64,000 nt of DNA from positions 3,556 to 67,555 of the forward strand of contig CALWGY010000002.1 in assembly GCA_944380265.1 (NCBI GenBank), given 5' to 3'. A program made the translations under genes and the position numbers. Every line of letters starts with the position of its first letter. Positions within the stretch are counted from its first letter, which is position 1. The notes beneath the pieces are model-generated. The model made no database searches. It saw nothing but the letters and a program-made list of their open reading frames with translations, and was not told the DNA's origin. Origin of the DNA: an uncultured Clostridia bacterium (GTDB lineage Bacteria; Bacillota; Clostridia; Christensenellales; UBA1242). Of this stretch, positions 45,229 through 55,538 are shown piece after piece.

Positions 45229-46977
45229 TTATCTAATTTTTATGTGAACTTCACGCAACTGTTTTTCTGTTACAACGTTAGGAGCGTTCATCATAAGGTC
45301 TTGTGCCTTTTTGTTCATAGGGAAGGCAACAACTTCTCTAATTGATGGTTCATCTTTAAGTAACATAATCATTCTGTCAACACCAGGAGCAATTCCAGCA
45401 TGTGGTGGTGCGCCATATTGGAAAGCAGAATAAAGTGCAGCAAATTTTGTTTTCAAGTCTTCTTCGGTGTAGCCTGCAATTTCAAACGCTTTTTTCATAA
45501 TGCTAATGTCGTGGTTTCTAACAGCGCCAGAACTTAGTTCAATTCCGTTAACAACAATGTCATATTGATATGCTAACACTTCAAGTGGGTCGCACTCGTT
45601 TAGTGCTTTAAGTCCGCCTTGTGGCATTGAAAATGGGTTGTGACTAAAATCAATTTGACCTGTTTCTTCGTTTAATTCAAACATAGGGAAGTCAACAATC
45701 CAGCAAAATTTGTAAACATCTTTTTCAATTAAATCAAGTTTTGTTGCAATTTCGGTGCGTAATTGACCCATCATTTTGTGAGTTGCCCTGTAAGAATCTG
45801 CAATAATAAAAATGGTATCATCTGGTTTTGCATCGCAGGTTGAAAGCATTTCTTTCTTTTCTTCATCGGTCATAAATTTCAAAATTGGGCCGTTCATTTC
45901 ACCATCTTCCAAAACCTTAACCCAAGCCAAACCTTTTGCACCAAGTTCTAGGGCAAAGTTTGTTAAGTCATCATAAAAACGGCGTGATGCGTTTTTGCAG
46001 TTTACGCAAATTGCCTTAACGGTTTTTTGCTTAAAAGCACCAAAAGTTGTGTTTTTAAACACTGGTGTTAGGTCAACAAGTTTAAGTGGGTTTCTAAGGT
46101 CGGGTTTGTCTGTTCCATAGGTTTCAATTGCGGTTTTGTAAGGGATTTTAACAAAAGGAACTTGGTCAATTTTGTATTTTCCATATTTTTCAAAAATTTT
46201 AGGTAAAACGGTTTCCATAACAGCAAAAACTTGTTCTTGTGTTGCAAAACTCATTTCCATATCCAACTGATAAAATTCGCCAGGGCAACGGTCGGCACGA
46301 GCATCTTCATCTCTAAAACAAGGGGCAATTTGAAAATATTTGTCAAAGCCAGCAACCATCAAAAGTTGTTTGAATTGCTGTGGGGCTTGTGGCAATGCAT
46401 AAAATTTGCCCGGATGTAATCTGCTTGGCACAATGTAATCTCTTGCACCTTCTGGTGAAGAAACTGTTAAAATTGGGGTTTGAATTTCGTTAAAACCAAG
46501 TTTTATCATTTCTAGTCGCAAGTCCTGAATAACTTTGCTTCTAAACACAATGTTTTCTTGCATTTGTGGGTTTCTTAGGTCTAGGTAACGATATTTTAAT
46601 CTAACATCTTCCGAAACTTGTTTTGATTCGTCAATTTCAAAAGGTAAGTTTTTAAGCGTTGCACCCAAAAGTTTTATTTCAGTTGTTTCAACTTCCACAA
46701 AACCAGTTTCAAGTTTTGGGTTGATTGTGTCTTCGCTTCGCAAAATAACTGTTCCAAAAACAGAAACAACACTTTCTTTTGAAAGTTTAAAATCAGGTTC
46801 GCATCTTAAAACCAATTGAACTGTGCCATAATGGTCACGTAAGTCAATAAAAGTTATTCCGCCGTGGTCGCGTATGGTTGAAATCCAACCAGCAAGCCTA
46901 ACCTTTGTGCCAACATCACTAGGTCTAAGTTCTCCACAAGTTTTTGTTCTAAATTCGTTTTGAAAAATTTTGTCCAT
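45229..46977 (-). CDS. aspS: aspartate--tRNA ligase
   Basis: 582 aa. Class II motifs FRDEDARADR, GGLKAL.. and APPHAGIAPGVDR. Confidence 0.95.
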   Translation of the reverse strand: MDKIFQNEFRTKTCGELRPSDVGTKVRLAGWISTIRDHGGITFIDLRDHYGTVQLVLRCEPDFKLSKESVVSVFGTVILRSEDTINPKLETGFVEVETTEIKLLGATLKNLPFEIDESKQVSEDVRLKYRYLDLRNPQMQENIVFRSKVIQDLRLEMIKLGFNEIQTPILTVSSPEGARDYIVPSRLHPGKFYALPQAPQQFKQLLMVAGFDKYFQIAPCFRDEDARADRCPGEFYQLDMEMSFATQEQVFAVMETVLPKIFEKYGKYKIDQVPFVKIPYKTAIETYGTDKPDLRNPLKLVDLTPVFKNTTFGAFKQKTVKAICVNCKNASRRFYDDLTNFALELGAKGLAWVKVLEDGEMNGPILKFMTDEEKKEMLSTCDAKPDDTIFIIADSYRATHKMMGQLRTEIATKLDLIEKDVYKFCWIVDFPMFELNEETGQIDFSHNPFSMPQGGLKALNECDPLEVLAYQYDIVVNGIELSSGAVRNHDISIMKKAFEIAGYTEEDLKTKFAALYSAFQYGAPPHAGIAPGVDRMIMLLKDEPSIREVVAFPMNKKAQDLMMNAPNVVTEKQLREVHIKIR

Positions 46978-47008
46978 TTTTTTCTCCTAAAATTTTGATT
47001 TTTTACAT

Positions 47009-47039
47009 TTAAAAAACGCTTAGGTTTTCCCTAAGCGTT
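47009..47039 (-). terminator. leader terminator (attenuator) upstream of aspS
   Basis: 10-bp stem aacgcttagg / cctaagcgtt plus a U-run on the - strand, about 30 nt before the aspS SD. The upstream GGGUUUUC (47068..47061) can pair with the loop and 3' half of the stem. Confidence 0.5.
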
Positions 47040-47373
47040 CAAATTTTTGCCATGATAAAAGAAAACCCAAATTTATTGTGTTAGTTCAAAGTTATTGTTA
47101 TTATTGTTGTTTAAAACAATTATAACCATCTTTTTAGGTCCTTTTTAAATTTACGTTTAAAGATTAGCACTTTTATTTTTATATGTCAACATCTAATGTT
47201 TAAAAATGTTTTTTTATTTTTATAATTTTTTTTAAATTTTATGCACAAAAAGCAATATTTGTTAAAAATAAACCAAATTTTCAAATAAAAATTAATTGTT
47301 GTGTTTTTACTTTTTAAGTTTTTTTAATAATATGATATAATCATATTGCAAAAAATTATTAATTGGAGAGAAA

Positions 47374-48870
47374 ATGGTTACATTAGTTATTTTAGATGGT
47401 TTTGGATTAAACGAAAAAACAGAAGGCAATGCAATTAAGTTGCAAGGAACGCCAAATTTAAAAAAACTATCCCAGTTTCCTTACACAACACTTGTTGCCA
47501 GTGGCGAAGGTGTTGGGCTTAATGCAGGTCAAATGGGAAACAGTGAAGTGGGTCACTTAAATTTGGGTGCAGGCAGAATTGTTTATCAGGACTTGCCACG
47601 CATTAATAACGACATCAGCACTGGCGAATTTTTTAAAAATTCAGCATTTTTAAAAGTTTTTAATCATGTTAAAAATAACGGTTCAAGTTTGCACCTTATG
47701 GGGCTTTTGTCAAATGGTGGGGTTCACTCACACATAAACCATTTAAAAGCACTTGTTGATTTTGCTAACAATCAGGGCATTAAAAATGTTTACATTCATG
47801 CAATTTTAGATGGTCGTGACACACTTAGAGATAGTGGCATAAATTTTGTTCAGGAAATTGAAAAACACATTGCAGGCAAGGCAAAACTTGTATCAATCTG
47901 TGGTAGAGTTTACGCCATGGACAGAGAAAACCGCTGGGAAAGGGTTAAAAAAGCATATGACATGTTGGTTTATGGAAAAGCAGAATTTAAGTATAATTCC
48001 GCAACCGAAGCCCTAAAACAAAGTTACAACAACAAAGTTTTTGATGAATTTGTTGAACCAACAATAATTGGCGGTGGAAAATGTGTGGAAGATAAAGATG
48101 GTTTAATATTTTTTAACTATCGAACCGACAGAGCAAGAGAAATAACAAAAAGTTTCACACAAAGCGAATTTAATGAATTTGAAGTTAAAAAGTTTAAAAA
48201 CTTGTGCTATTGTTGCATGACAGAATATGATGCAACATTTAAAAACGTGCTGGTTGCATATCCACCAGAAAAAATTGAAATGAATTTGTCGCACATAATT
48301 TCACTTAACAACTTAAAACAATTTCACATAAGCGAAACCACAAAATATGCACACGTAACATTCTTTTTTAATGGAGGCATTGAAAAAGCAAATGTGGGGG
48401 AAGACAGAAAGTTAATTGATTCCATTGATGTTCAAGACTTTTCACAAGTACCACAGATGCGTGCAAGGGAAATAACACAAGAAGTTTTAAAGGCAATGGA
48501 AAGCGGAGTTTACGATTTTGTTTTGGTAAATCTTTCAAACCCAGACATGATTGGTCACACTGGCAACTTAAATGCTGCAATTGAAGCAATCAAAATTTGT
48601 GATGAATGTGCCTATGAAATTGCACAAACTGCACTAAAATTGGGTGGTGATTGCATTATTACTGCCGACCATGGCAATGCAGAAGAAATGATTGATGAAA
48701 ACGGAAATGTTTTAACACAACACACAACAAACCCAGTTCCGCTTTGGCTTGTTTCAAACAAATATAAAAACGTAAAACTAAAATCAGGTAAACTTTGCAA
48801 TGTTGCACCAACAGTGTTAAAACTTTTAAACATTAAAGTGCCAAATTTTATGGAAGAACCATTATTTTAA
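47374..48870 (+). CDS. gpmI: 2,3-bisphosphoglycerate-independent phosphoglycerate mutase
   Basis: LVILDGFG, MGNSEVGHLNLGAGR and ADHGNAE motifs. Confidence 0.95.
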   Translation: MVTLVILDGFGLNEKTEGNAIKLQGTPNLKKLSQFPYTTLVASGEGVGLNAGQMGNSEVGHLNLGAGRIVYQDLPRINNDISTGEFFKNSAFLKVFNHVKNNGSSLHLMGLLSNGGVHSHINHLKALVDFANNQGIKNVYIHAILDGRDTLRDSGINFVQEIEKHIAGKAKLVSICGRVYAMDRENRWERVKKAYDMLVYGKAEFKYNSATEALKQSYNNKVFDEFVEPTIIGGGKCVEDKDGLIFFNYRTDRAREITKSFTQSEFNEFEVKKFKNLCYCCMTEYDATFKNVLVAYPPEKIEMNLSHIISLNNLKQFHISETTKYAHVTFFFNGGIEKANVGEDRKLIDSIDVQDFSQVPQMRAREITQEVLKAMESGVYDFVLVNLSNPDMIGHTGNLNAAIEAIKICDECAYEIAQTALKLGGDCIITADHGNAEEMIDENGNVLTQHTTNPVPLWLVSNKYKNVKLKSGKLCNVAPTVLKLLNIKVPNFMEEPLF

Positions 48871-48887
48871 TAAAAGGGCAGTTAAAC

Positions 48888-49172
48888 ATGAAAAAAGAAA
48901 AAGAAATTGTTAAAATTGATGAAGAAAACTTAACAAAAAAAGCAAAAACCTTGTCTGTTTCAGCAGCCGTTATTTGCATTTTGGCAGGAGTAATTTTAAT
49001 TGTAACTTCCATAATTCAATTGTTGTTTGATTTAAAAGTTATTTTAGCATCAAACAAATTTTCCAGTTTGTTCGACATAATTTCAATTGTGGTTGTGGTT
49101 GTGCTTTTGATTGTTGCATTTGTGTTATATAAACTTTTTAAAAAGGAAATTGGAAAACAAAAAAACGGTTAA
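48888..49172 (+). CDS. small two-TM membrane protein
   Basis: 94 aa with two hydrophobic helices. Confidence 0.5.
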   Translation: MKKEKEIVKIDEENLTKKAKTLSVSAAVICILAGVILIVTSIIQLLFDLKVILASNKFSSLFDIISIVVVVVLLIVAFVLYKLFKKEIGKQKNG

Positions 49173-49193
49173 AAAACCGTTTTTTTTAATATT

Positions 49194-50441
49194 TTATTTT
49201 AAAATAACTTTCATAAAGTTCTTTTTGCCTTTTTTAAGCATGCAAACTCCGTTTTCAAAGTTTTCTTTTGAAACTTTAAAATTAAAATCTTTTTGAGTTT
49301 CGCCATTAACAAGCACTCCGCCTTGTTCACACATTCTTCTGCCTTCGCTTTTTGAACTAACAAGTTTTGTGTTTGCAAGCAAGTCAACAAGTGAAATTGG
49401 AAGTTCGTTTAAACTAATTTTGTATGTTGGAACATTTTCCAAATTGCCTTGTCCGTTAAATAATGCCTTGGTTGCTTCTTCGGCAATTTTGGCATCTTCT
49501 TCGCCTCTAACAAATTTTGTTACTTCAAAACTTAAAACCTTTTTGGCATTAACAATGTCGGTTTCAACAAGTTTTTTAACTTCGTTCATTGGAATGTCGG
49601 TAAACAATGCAAACATCATTTCAACACAAGCATCGGGGGTTTGGTAAACACCCTGATAAAAGTCGTATGCCGAAATTTTGTTTTTATCAATCCAAATTGC
49701 ACCTTTTTCGGTTTTGCCCATCTTTTTGCCTTCTGGTGTTAAAAGCAGTGGGTTTGTTGCACCAATCAGTTGAACATCGGTGCCGTTTAAAAAGTTAAGT
49801 TTTCTTTGAAGTTCAACGCCGGCAACAATGTTTCCCCACTGGTCGCCACCGCCATATTGAAGTGTGCAACCATATTCGCGGTTTAAATGAACAAAGTCAT
49901 ATGCCTGCATCAAAATGTATCCAAGTTCAAAAAAGGTTAGTCCACCTTCTTCCAATCTTTTTGCGTAAATTTCGTTTGTAAGCATTCTGTTAACATTAAA
50001 ATGGACACCAATGTCACGCATAAAATCAATATAGTCATAGCCCTTAAACCAGTCGGCGTTGTTAACAATAATTGCAGGGTTGTCGCCATCAAAATCCAAA
50101 AAGATTTTTAAAGTTTCCTTAATTTTTTCAATGTTGTGGTTAATTGTTTCTTTTGTCATTAGTGGTCGCATTTCGCTTCTGCCGCTTGGGTCGCCAATGC
50201 CAGCAGTTGCACCACCCATAAGCAAAATAACTTTGTGCCCGGCTTTTTGAAATCTTCTTAAAATGCAATATGGAACACAGTGCCCAATGTGCAAACTATC
50301 CATTGTTGGGTCGCTTCCTTCATATAAAGTTATTGGTTTGCCACTTTCAAGTTGTTTTTTCAAACCTTCTTCATCTGTGCATTGATATAATAGTCCACGT
50401 TCCTTCAATATTTCATAAAGTTTTGTGTCGGTTTGCTTCAT
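49194..50441 (-). CDS. tyrS: tyrosine--tRNA ligase
   Basis: HIGH motif (SLHIGH), KMGKT (KMSKS-type), C-terminal S4-like domain. Confidence 0.95.
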   Translation of the reverse strand: MKQTDTKLYEILKERGLLYQCTDEEGLKKQLESGKPITLYEGSDPTMDSLHIGHCVPYCILRRFQKAGHKVILLMGGATAGIGDPSGRSEMRPLMTKETINHNIEKIKETLKIFLDFDGDNPAIIVNNADWFKGYDYIDFMRDIGVHFNVNRMLTNEIYAKRLEEGGLTFFELGYILMQAYDFVHLNREYGCTLQYGGGDQWGNIVAGVELQRKLNFLNGTDVQLIGATNPLLLTPEGKKMGKTEKGAIWIDKNKISAYDFYQGVYQTPDACVEMMFALFTDIPMNEVKKLVETDIVNAKKVLSFEVTKFVRGEEDAKIAEEATKALFNGQGNLENVPTYKISLNELPISLVDLLANTKLVSSKSEGRRMCEQGGVLVNGETQKDFNFKVSKENFENGVCMLKKGKKNFMKVILK

Positions 50442-50469
50442 AATTTTTCTCCTTTTAATTTTTTAAAAT

Positions 50470-50665
50470 TTAAAACAAAAAACGCACACGTCCATAAATT
50501 TTTAAGGACGAAGTGTGCGTTCGTGGTACCACCTTAATTTGTTTAAAAAATTAAACCTTCATTAAACTTTTTAACGTAAAAGCCAAACGTTTTGCTCCCA
50601 AAGTGTAATTCAAAACAAGTTATGGAAGTTTTTCAGCAACCAACTTCTCTCTAAATTTCATAATT
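50470..50665 (-). promoter_or_regulatory. T-box leader (Tyr specifier UAC) controlling tyrS
   Basis: Seen on the - strand: an AGAGAGA box, specifier loop GAAUUACAC, T-box sequence AAGGUGGUACCACGAA, and the terminator aacgcacac...gtgtgcgtt plus a U-run. Confidence 0.8.
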
Positions 50666-50818
50666 ATTGTTTCTACTGGTTTTTTGTTCATCGCAAAATA
50701 AAATTAACATCATACTACTAAACAAATTGCATTTTGTCAATAAAAAGTTAAAAAATAAATAATTTTGTGTTTAATTGACTATTTTATGTTTGTTTAGTAC
50801 AATATAATTACAAACTAT

Positions 50819-51292
50819 GTGAAGGTATTAAAAATTATGGAAAACAAAGTTGAAAACAACACAGTAAACGAGCAAGAAAAAGCTCCAAAAAGAAAATTGA
50901 ATGTTTATCAAATTGTGTCAATTGTGTGTGCGGCATTGCTTGTTGCAATTGCACTTGGTGTTGGCATTTATTTTATTGTTAAAGCTGTTCAAAAAAACAG
51001 GCCTGCAACACCTGGAACACAAATTGAACAAGTGTTAACCGAAGAAAATTATAATAAAATTAATGTTGGAATGCCATATTCGGAGGTGTTCAAAATTTTA
51101 GGTGCGGGCAAACAACAACCAAGCGAAATTGAAAACACAATTAACATTGTTTGGGAAGCAAATTCTAATAGATATATAATAATAACATTCACAACTTCCA
51201 AAAATGATAAAGATGAACTTGTTTTTGGTAATGTTGTTGAAAAAATGCAACTAGGTGTTGTTGCAGAAGAACAAACACAAATTGCTGAATAA
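50819..51292 (+). CDS. membrane-anchored protein, function unknown
   Basis: Single TM IVSIVCAALLVAIALGVGIYFIV. The start is uncertain (GTG 50819 or ATG 50837). Confidence 0.5.
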   Translation: MKVLKIMENKVENNTVNEQEKAPKRKLNVYQIVSIVCAALLVAIALGVGIYFIVKAVQKNRPATPGTQIEQVLTEENYNKINVGMPYSEVFKILGAGKQQPSEIENTINIVWEANSNRYIIITFTTSKNDKDELVFGNVVEKMQLGVVAEEQTQIAE

Positions 51293-51320
51293 AACATTTC
51301 AAATTAAAACATTAAAACAA

Positions 51321-51347
51321 AAAAGATGTGAAACCACATCTTTTTTT
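51321..51347. terminator. bidirectional terminator between convergent genes
   Basis: aaaagatgtg aaac cacatctttt plus a T-run. It is nearly identical to the hairpin at 28497. Confidence 0.6.
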
Positions 51348-51398
51348 GTTTGTATTTTTTGTTTTAACTTTGTTTTTAAATTTTTGCTTAAATTGTTT

Positions 51399-53273
51399 TT
51401 AACTGAATTGGCTGTTATAAAGGTTGTAATAAAATCCTTTTTGAGCCATTAACTGGTTATGGTTGCCTTGTTCAACAATGTTTCCGTTGTTAACAACCAA
51501 AATTTTATCAGCATTAACAATTGTTGAAAGCCTGTGTGCAATAACAAAACTTGTTCGGTTTTCCATTGCAACTTTCATGGCTTTTTGAATTAACACTTCG
51601 GTTCTGGTGTCGATGTTGGAAGTTGCTTCGTCCAAAATCATAATGTCTGGGTGTGCCAAAATTGCACGTGCAATTGTTAACAACTGCTTTTGACCTTGTG
51701 AAATGTTTGTTGCAGTTTCGTTAATAACTGTGTCGTAACCGTTTTCAAGAGTGGTTATGAAGTGATGTGCATGAACCGCTTTGCAAACTTCAACCATCTC
51801 TTCATCGCTAACACCTAAATTGCCATATTTCAAATTTTCTTTAATTGTTCCATTAAACAACCATGTGTCTTGTAAAACCATACCAATTTTTTCACGCAAG
51901 TTTTCACGCGACACAGTTTTAATGTCTATTCCATCAATTGTAATTTTGCCATCGTTAAGTTCATAAAAACGCATAATTAAGTTAACAATGGTTGTTTTTC
52001 CAGCCCCAGTTGGGCCAACAATTGCAACCATTTTTCCTTTTGGAATGTCGCAGTTAACATTTTTAAGCAAAATTTTGTTTGGTGTGTAACCAAAGGTTAA
52101 GTTTTCAAATGTAACATGACCTTCAAGTTTTTCAAGTTTGTTTGTTACTTCAAACACAGGTTCTTCTTCGGCGTCCAAAATTTCAAAAACACGTTCGCTG
52201 GAAGCAAGTGTGGTTTGGAAAACATTAAAGATTTGGGCAAGTTGTGTTATTGGCTGAGTAAATTGTTGGCTGTAATTTAAAAATGTCACAACATATCCAA
52301 TTTCTAACGCAAAATCAAAAACGCCAAATCCTTTTCCACCAAGTTCAAAACCCTTTAACACAAATATGCAGCTAACCAAGCTTAAAACAACATATCCAAA
52401 GTTGTTTGCAAAGTTAATAAGTGGCATTAAAAGTCCGGAATAAAAGTTACTTTTTTGGCTGCTTTCATAAAGTTTTTGGTTTTTATCTTCAAATTCGGCA
52501 ATTGCTTTTGGTTCGTTGGTGTAGGCTTTAACGGTTTTTTGGTTTGTGTAGGTTTCTTCAATGTGTCCGTTAACAGCACCCAAGTCGTTTGCTTGCCTTA
52601 CGAAATATTTTTGGCTGTGTTTCATAACAAAACTTGTTAAAAACAAAGCAAGTGGTAACAAGCAAATAACAATTAATGTTAACCAAAAGTTTATGGAAAG
52701 CATCATAACAAGCACGCCAATAACTGTTATAACACAGTTAATTAGCTGGTTCAAACTTTGTTGCAAACTCATTTGAATGTTGTCAACATCATTAACAAAC
52801 ACACTTAAAATATCGCCAGTTTCACGAGTGTCGTAGTAGTTTAGTGGTAGTTTTGTTAATTTGTGTTTTAATTTTTCACGTAAGGAAAATGCAACTTTAA
52901 CAGAAGCTTTTCCCATTAGTACTTGGCTAATTAAGTTAAAAATAAAGTTTAAAACATACAAACAAGCCATAACAATTAAGCAAGTTATAACGGTGTTAAA
53001 TGAAGCGTTTTCTTTTCCTAAAACTAATAATCCAATTTCAGTTAAAGCATTACCCATAATCCTTGGAGCAACAATTGATGCTGTTATTGCTATAATTGAA
53101 AATATAAATGTTAAAATTAAAGGGACTATAATAACTTTAAGTTCTTTAACAAACTTTTTAAATGTTTTCTTAAATTCTTTTGGTTTTTCACCAGTACTCA
53201 TTTTAGGACCTGGTCCGCCACTCATTGGCCCGCGTTTTATTGGAGGTGTTTTTGCATTGTTATTGTTCGACAT
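51399..53273 (-). CDS. ABC exporter, fused permease/ATPase (heterodimer subunit)
   Basis: Six TM segments plus an NBD: Walker A GPTGAGKTT, ISQGQKQ, ILDEATS. Confidence 0.9.
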   Translation of the reverse strand: MSNNNNAKTPPIKRGPMSGGPGPKMSTGEKPKEFKKTFKKFVKELKVIIVPLILTFIFSIIAITASIVAPRIMGNALTEIGLLVLGKENASFNTVITCLIVMACLYVLNFIFNLISQVLMGKASVKVAFSLREKLKHKLTKLPLNYYDTRETGDILSVFVNDVDNIQMSLQQSLNQLINCVITVIGVLVMMLSINFWLTLIVICLLPLALFLTSFVMKHSQKYFVRQANDLGAVNGHIEETYTNQKTVKAYTNEPKAIAEFEDKNQKLYESSQKSNFYSGLLMPLINFANNFGYVVLSLVSCIFVLKGFELGGKGFGVFDFALEIGYVVTFLNYSQQFTQPITQLAQIFNVFQTTLASSERVFEILDAEEEPVFEVTNKLEKLEGHVTFENLTFGYTPNKILLKNVNCDIPKGKMVAIVGPTGAGKTTIVNLIMRFYELNDGKITIDGIDIKTVSRENLREKIGMVLQDTWLFNGTIKENLKYGNLGVSDEEMVEVCKAVHAHHFITTLENGYDTVINETATNISQGQKQLLTIARAILAHPDIMILDEATSNIDTRTEVLIQKAMKVAMENRTSFVIAHRLSTIVNADKILVVNNGNIVEQGNHNQLMAQKGFYYNLYNSQFS

Positions 53274-53274
53274 A

Positions 53275-55041
53275 TTATTTTTCCTCCTTTACTTTTTTAA
53301 CTCGGTTTTGTTTTGTTTGACTTTCCACAATTTCAACATATTCAGGGCATTTTTCCATAAGTTGTTCGTGTGTTCCAATTCCAACTGCCTTTCCATCGTT
53401 TAAAACAATAATTTTATCGGCATTTTGAATTGTGTTAACACGTTGCGCAACAATAATTATGGTTGCATCTTTAACATTTTCTCTAATGTTTTTTCTAATT
53501 TGTGCATCAGTTTTAAAATCTAATGCACTAAAACTATCATCAAATATGTAAACACAAGGTTTTTTAATTAATGCTCTTGCAATGTTTAAACGCTGTTTTT
53601 GTCCGCCACTTAAATTGCCTGCACCCTTTTGAATAACATAATCATAACCTTCAGATTTTTCCATAATAAAATCGTGAGCACATGCAAGTTTTGCAGCATT
53701 AACAATTTCTTCGTCGGTTGCGTTTTCGTTGCCATATTTCAAGTTTTCTTTAATTGTTCCACCAAACAATTCAACACTTTGGCTGGCAAGGGCAATGTGT
53801 TTTCTTAAATCGGTTGGATTGTAATCTCTAAGGTCAACACCATCAAGCAAAATTTCGCCTTCCGTTACATCATAAAATCTTGGCAACAAATTAATAATTG
53901 TGCTTTTTCCACTTCCAGTTCCACCAATTATTGCCAGCGTTTCGTTTGGCTTAACCTTAAAACTTAAATCCTTAATTGTGGGCTCTTCTGCTCCTGGAAA
54001 TTTGAATGTTACGTGTTTAAATTCAATTTCGCCTTTGTACTTACCAGTTTTGTAAGTGTTAACTTTGTCGTTACTTAAAATTGTTTCTGGCAAATCCAAA
54101 ATTTCGTTAATACGTTTTGCACTGGCACTTGCTCTTGGAATTAAGATGAAAATCATAACCATCATAATGCACGCCATCATAATTCTCATGCCATATTGTG
54201 TTAGGGCAGAAATGTCGGCAACGTCAGTGCCCTTTATGGCACCAAAGTAAAGAATTAAAATCATGCAAATGCTAAAAATAAGTTCAACACTTGGCATGTT
54301 AATGCCCATAATAACATTTGCTTTTCTGTTAACATCGGCAACTTTTTGGTTAACCTTTTTAAATCTTTCGTTTTCTTGTTCGCCTGTGTTAAACGCTCTA
54401 ATAACTCTAACACCAGTTAAATTTTCACGTGTTACGGTTGTTAAAGCATCCACATTTTTTTGCATCATTTTAAAAAGTGGAATAATTTGTTTTCCAACAA
54501 TAACAAACAAAATAATAAGCACAGGAATAACACCAATAATAACAAATGGCAATGTTAGGTCTAGGCTAAATGCCATAACGCAACCACCAATTAAAATTAT
54601 TGGGGCATTAAGCATAACTCTAAAAGCCATCAAAATTACTTGTTGAACTTGGGTTATGTCGTTTGTTGTGCGGTTTATTAAGCTAGAAGTTGAAATGCTG
54701 TAAAATTCGTTAAGTGCCACACGTTGTGTTTTTTTGAACACTGCCGACCTAACATCTCTACCAAATCCCATTGCAATTTTGCTGGAAAAATAGCTTGTTA
54801 AAATTTGACACACAATAACGCCTAAAACAGCAGCCAAAGCAATTCCGCCTTTCTTCAAAATTTCAATTATGGCAGAGTCGCCAAGGGTGGGGTTTATGCA
54901 TTTAATCATTTGACTAAGCAAATTTGGCACAAGCAAGTTTACTACAACCTGAATTAGTAAAATAATTGTTGTAACCAAAATCATTTTCCAATATGGCTTT
55001 AAAAATTTAAAAAGTTTAATCAATGTTTGCCTCTCTTTCAA
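53275..55041 (-). CDS. ABC exporter, fused permease/ATPase (heterodimer subunit)
   Basis: Walker A GGTGSGKST, LSGGQKQR, IFDDSFS. It ends 1 nt before the partner gene. Confidence 0.9.
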   Translation of the reverse strand: MKERQTLIKLFKFLKPYWKMILVTTIILLIQVVVNLLVPNLLSQMIKCINPTLGDSAIIEILKKGGIALAAVLGVIVCQILTSYFSSKIAMGFGRDVRSAVFKKTQRVALNEFYSISTSSLINRTTNDITQVQQVILMAFRVMLNAPIILIGGCVMAFSLDLTLPFVIIGVIPVLIILFVIVGKQIIPLFKMMQKNVDALTTVTRENLTGVRVIRAFNTGEQENERFKKVNQKVADVNRKANVIMGINMPSVELIFSICMILILYFGAIKGTDVADISALTQYGMRIMMACIMMVMIFILIPRASASAKRINEILDLPETILSNDKVNTYKTGKYKGEIEFKHVTFKFPGAEEPTIKDLSFKVKPNETLAIIGGTGSGKSTIINLLPRFYDVTEGEILLDGVDLRDYNPTDLRKHIALASQSVELFGGTIKENLKYGNENATDEEIVNAAKLACAHDFIMEKSEGYDYVIQKGAGNLSGGQKQRLNIARALIKKPCVYIFDDSFSALDFKTDAQIRKNIRENVKDATIIIVAQRVNTIQNADKIIVLNDGKAVGIGTHEQLMEKCPEYVEIVESQTKQNRVKKVKEEK

Positions 55042-55538
55042 ATTTTAACTTAAAACAAATTTAAACATAAACAAATTTGCATATTGCCAATATATTTAAT
55101 ATGCTTTAATTTTATTAAAAGTTTAAATTTTTTAGTATTTTTTTAAAATTGTTTTGGTTAATCTAGTTAATAAAGATTATTTTAAATAATTTATTATTTA
55201 TATAAACAAAAACTAAGTAATTTAAGTATAACCATTTTTAATTTTTAAGCAAATTGTTTTTTTAGTTTTAGTTTTGTTGTTTAAAATGTTTTTAAAATTT
55301 TGTTTTAATAAGCAACAAAAATCAACTTTTATTTTAAGTTAAAAACCAAATTAAATTTTTTTGTTTAATTAAAAAAAATCAAAAACAAATGCGTGTTGTA
55401 ACAAATTTAAGTTAATTAAAATAACAAAAACAAAATTTGATTTATTTGAAAAAATTTTTATATTGTTTATGCGAACAAATGTTTTACAAAGTTGCAAATT
55501 TAATTGTTAAAAGTTTTTAGTTAAGTTAAAATATAACT

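Noticed and set aside
46978-47190. Whether the aspS leader is a T-box riboswitch.
   Set aside because: There is no GGUGGUACC-type T-box sequence and no AGAGA/specifier-loop arrangement like the one clearly visible upstream of tyrS. It is reported only as an unclassified attenuator candidate.
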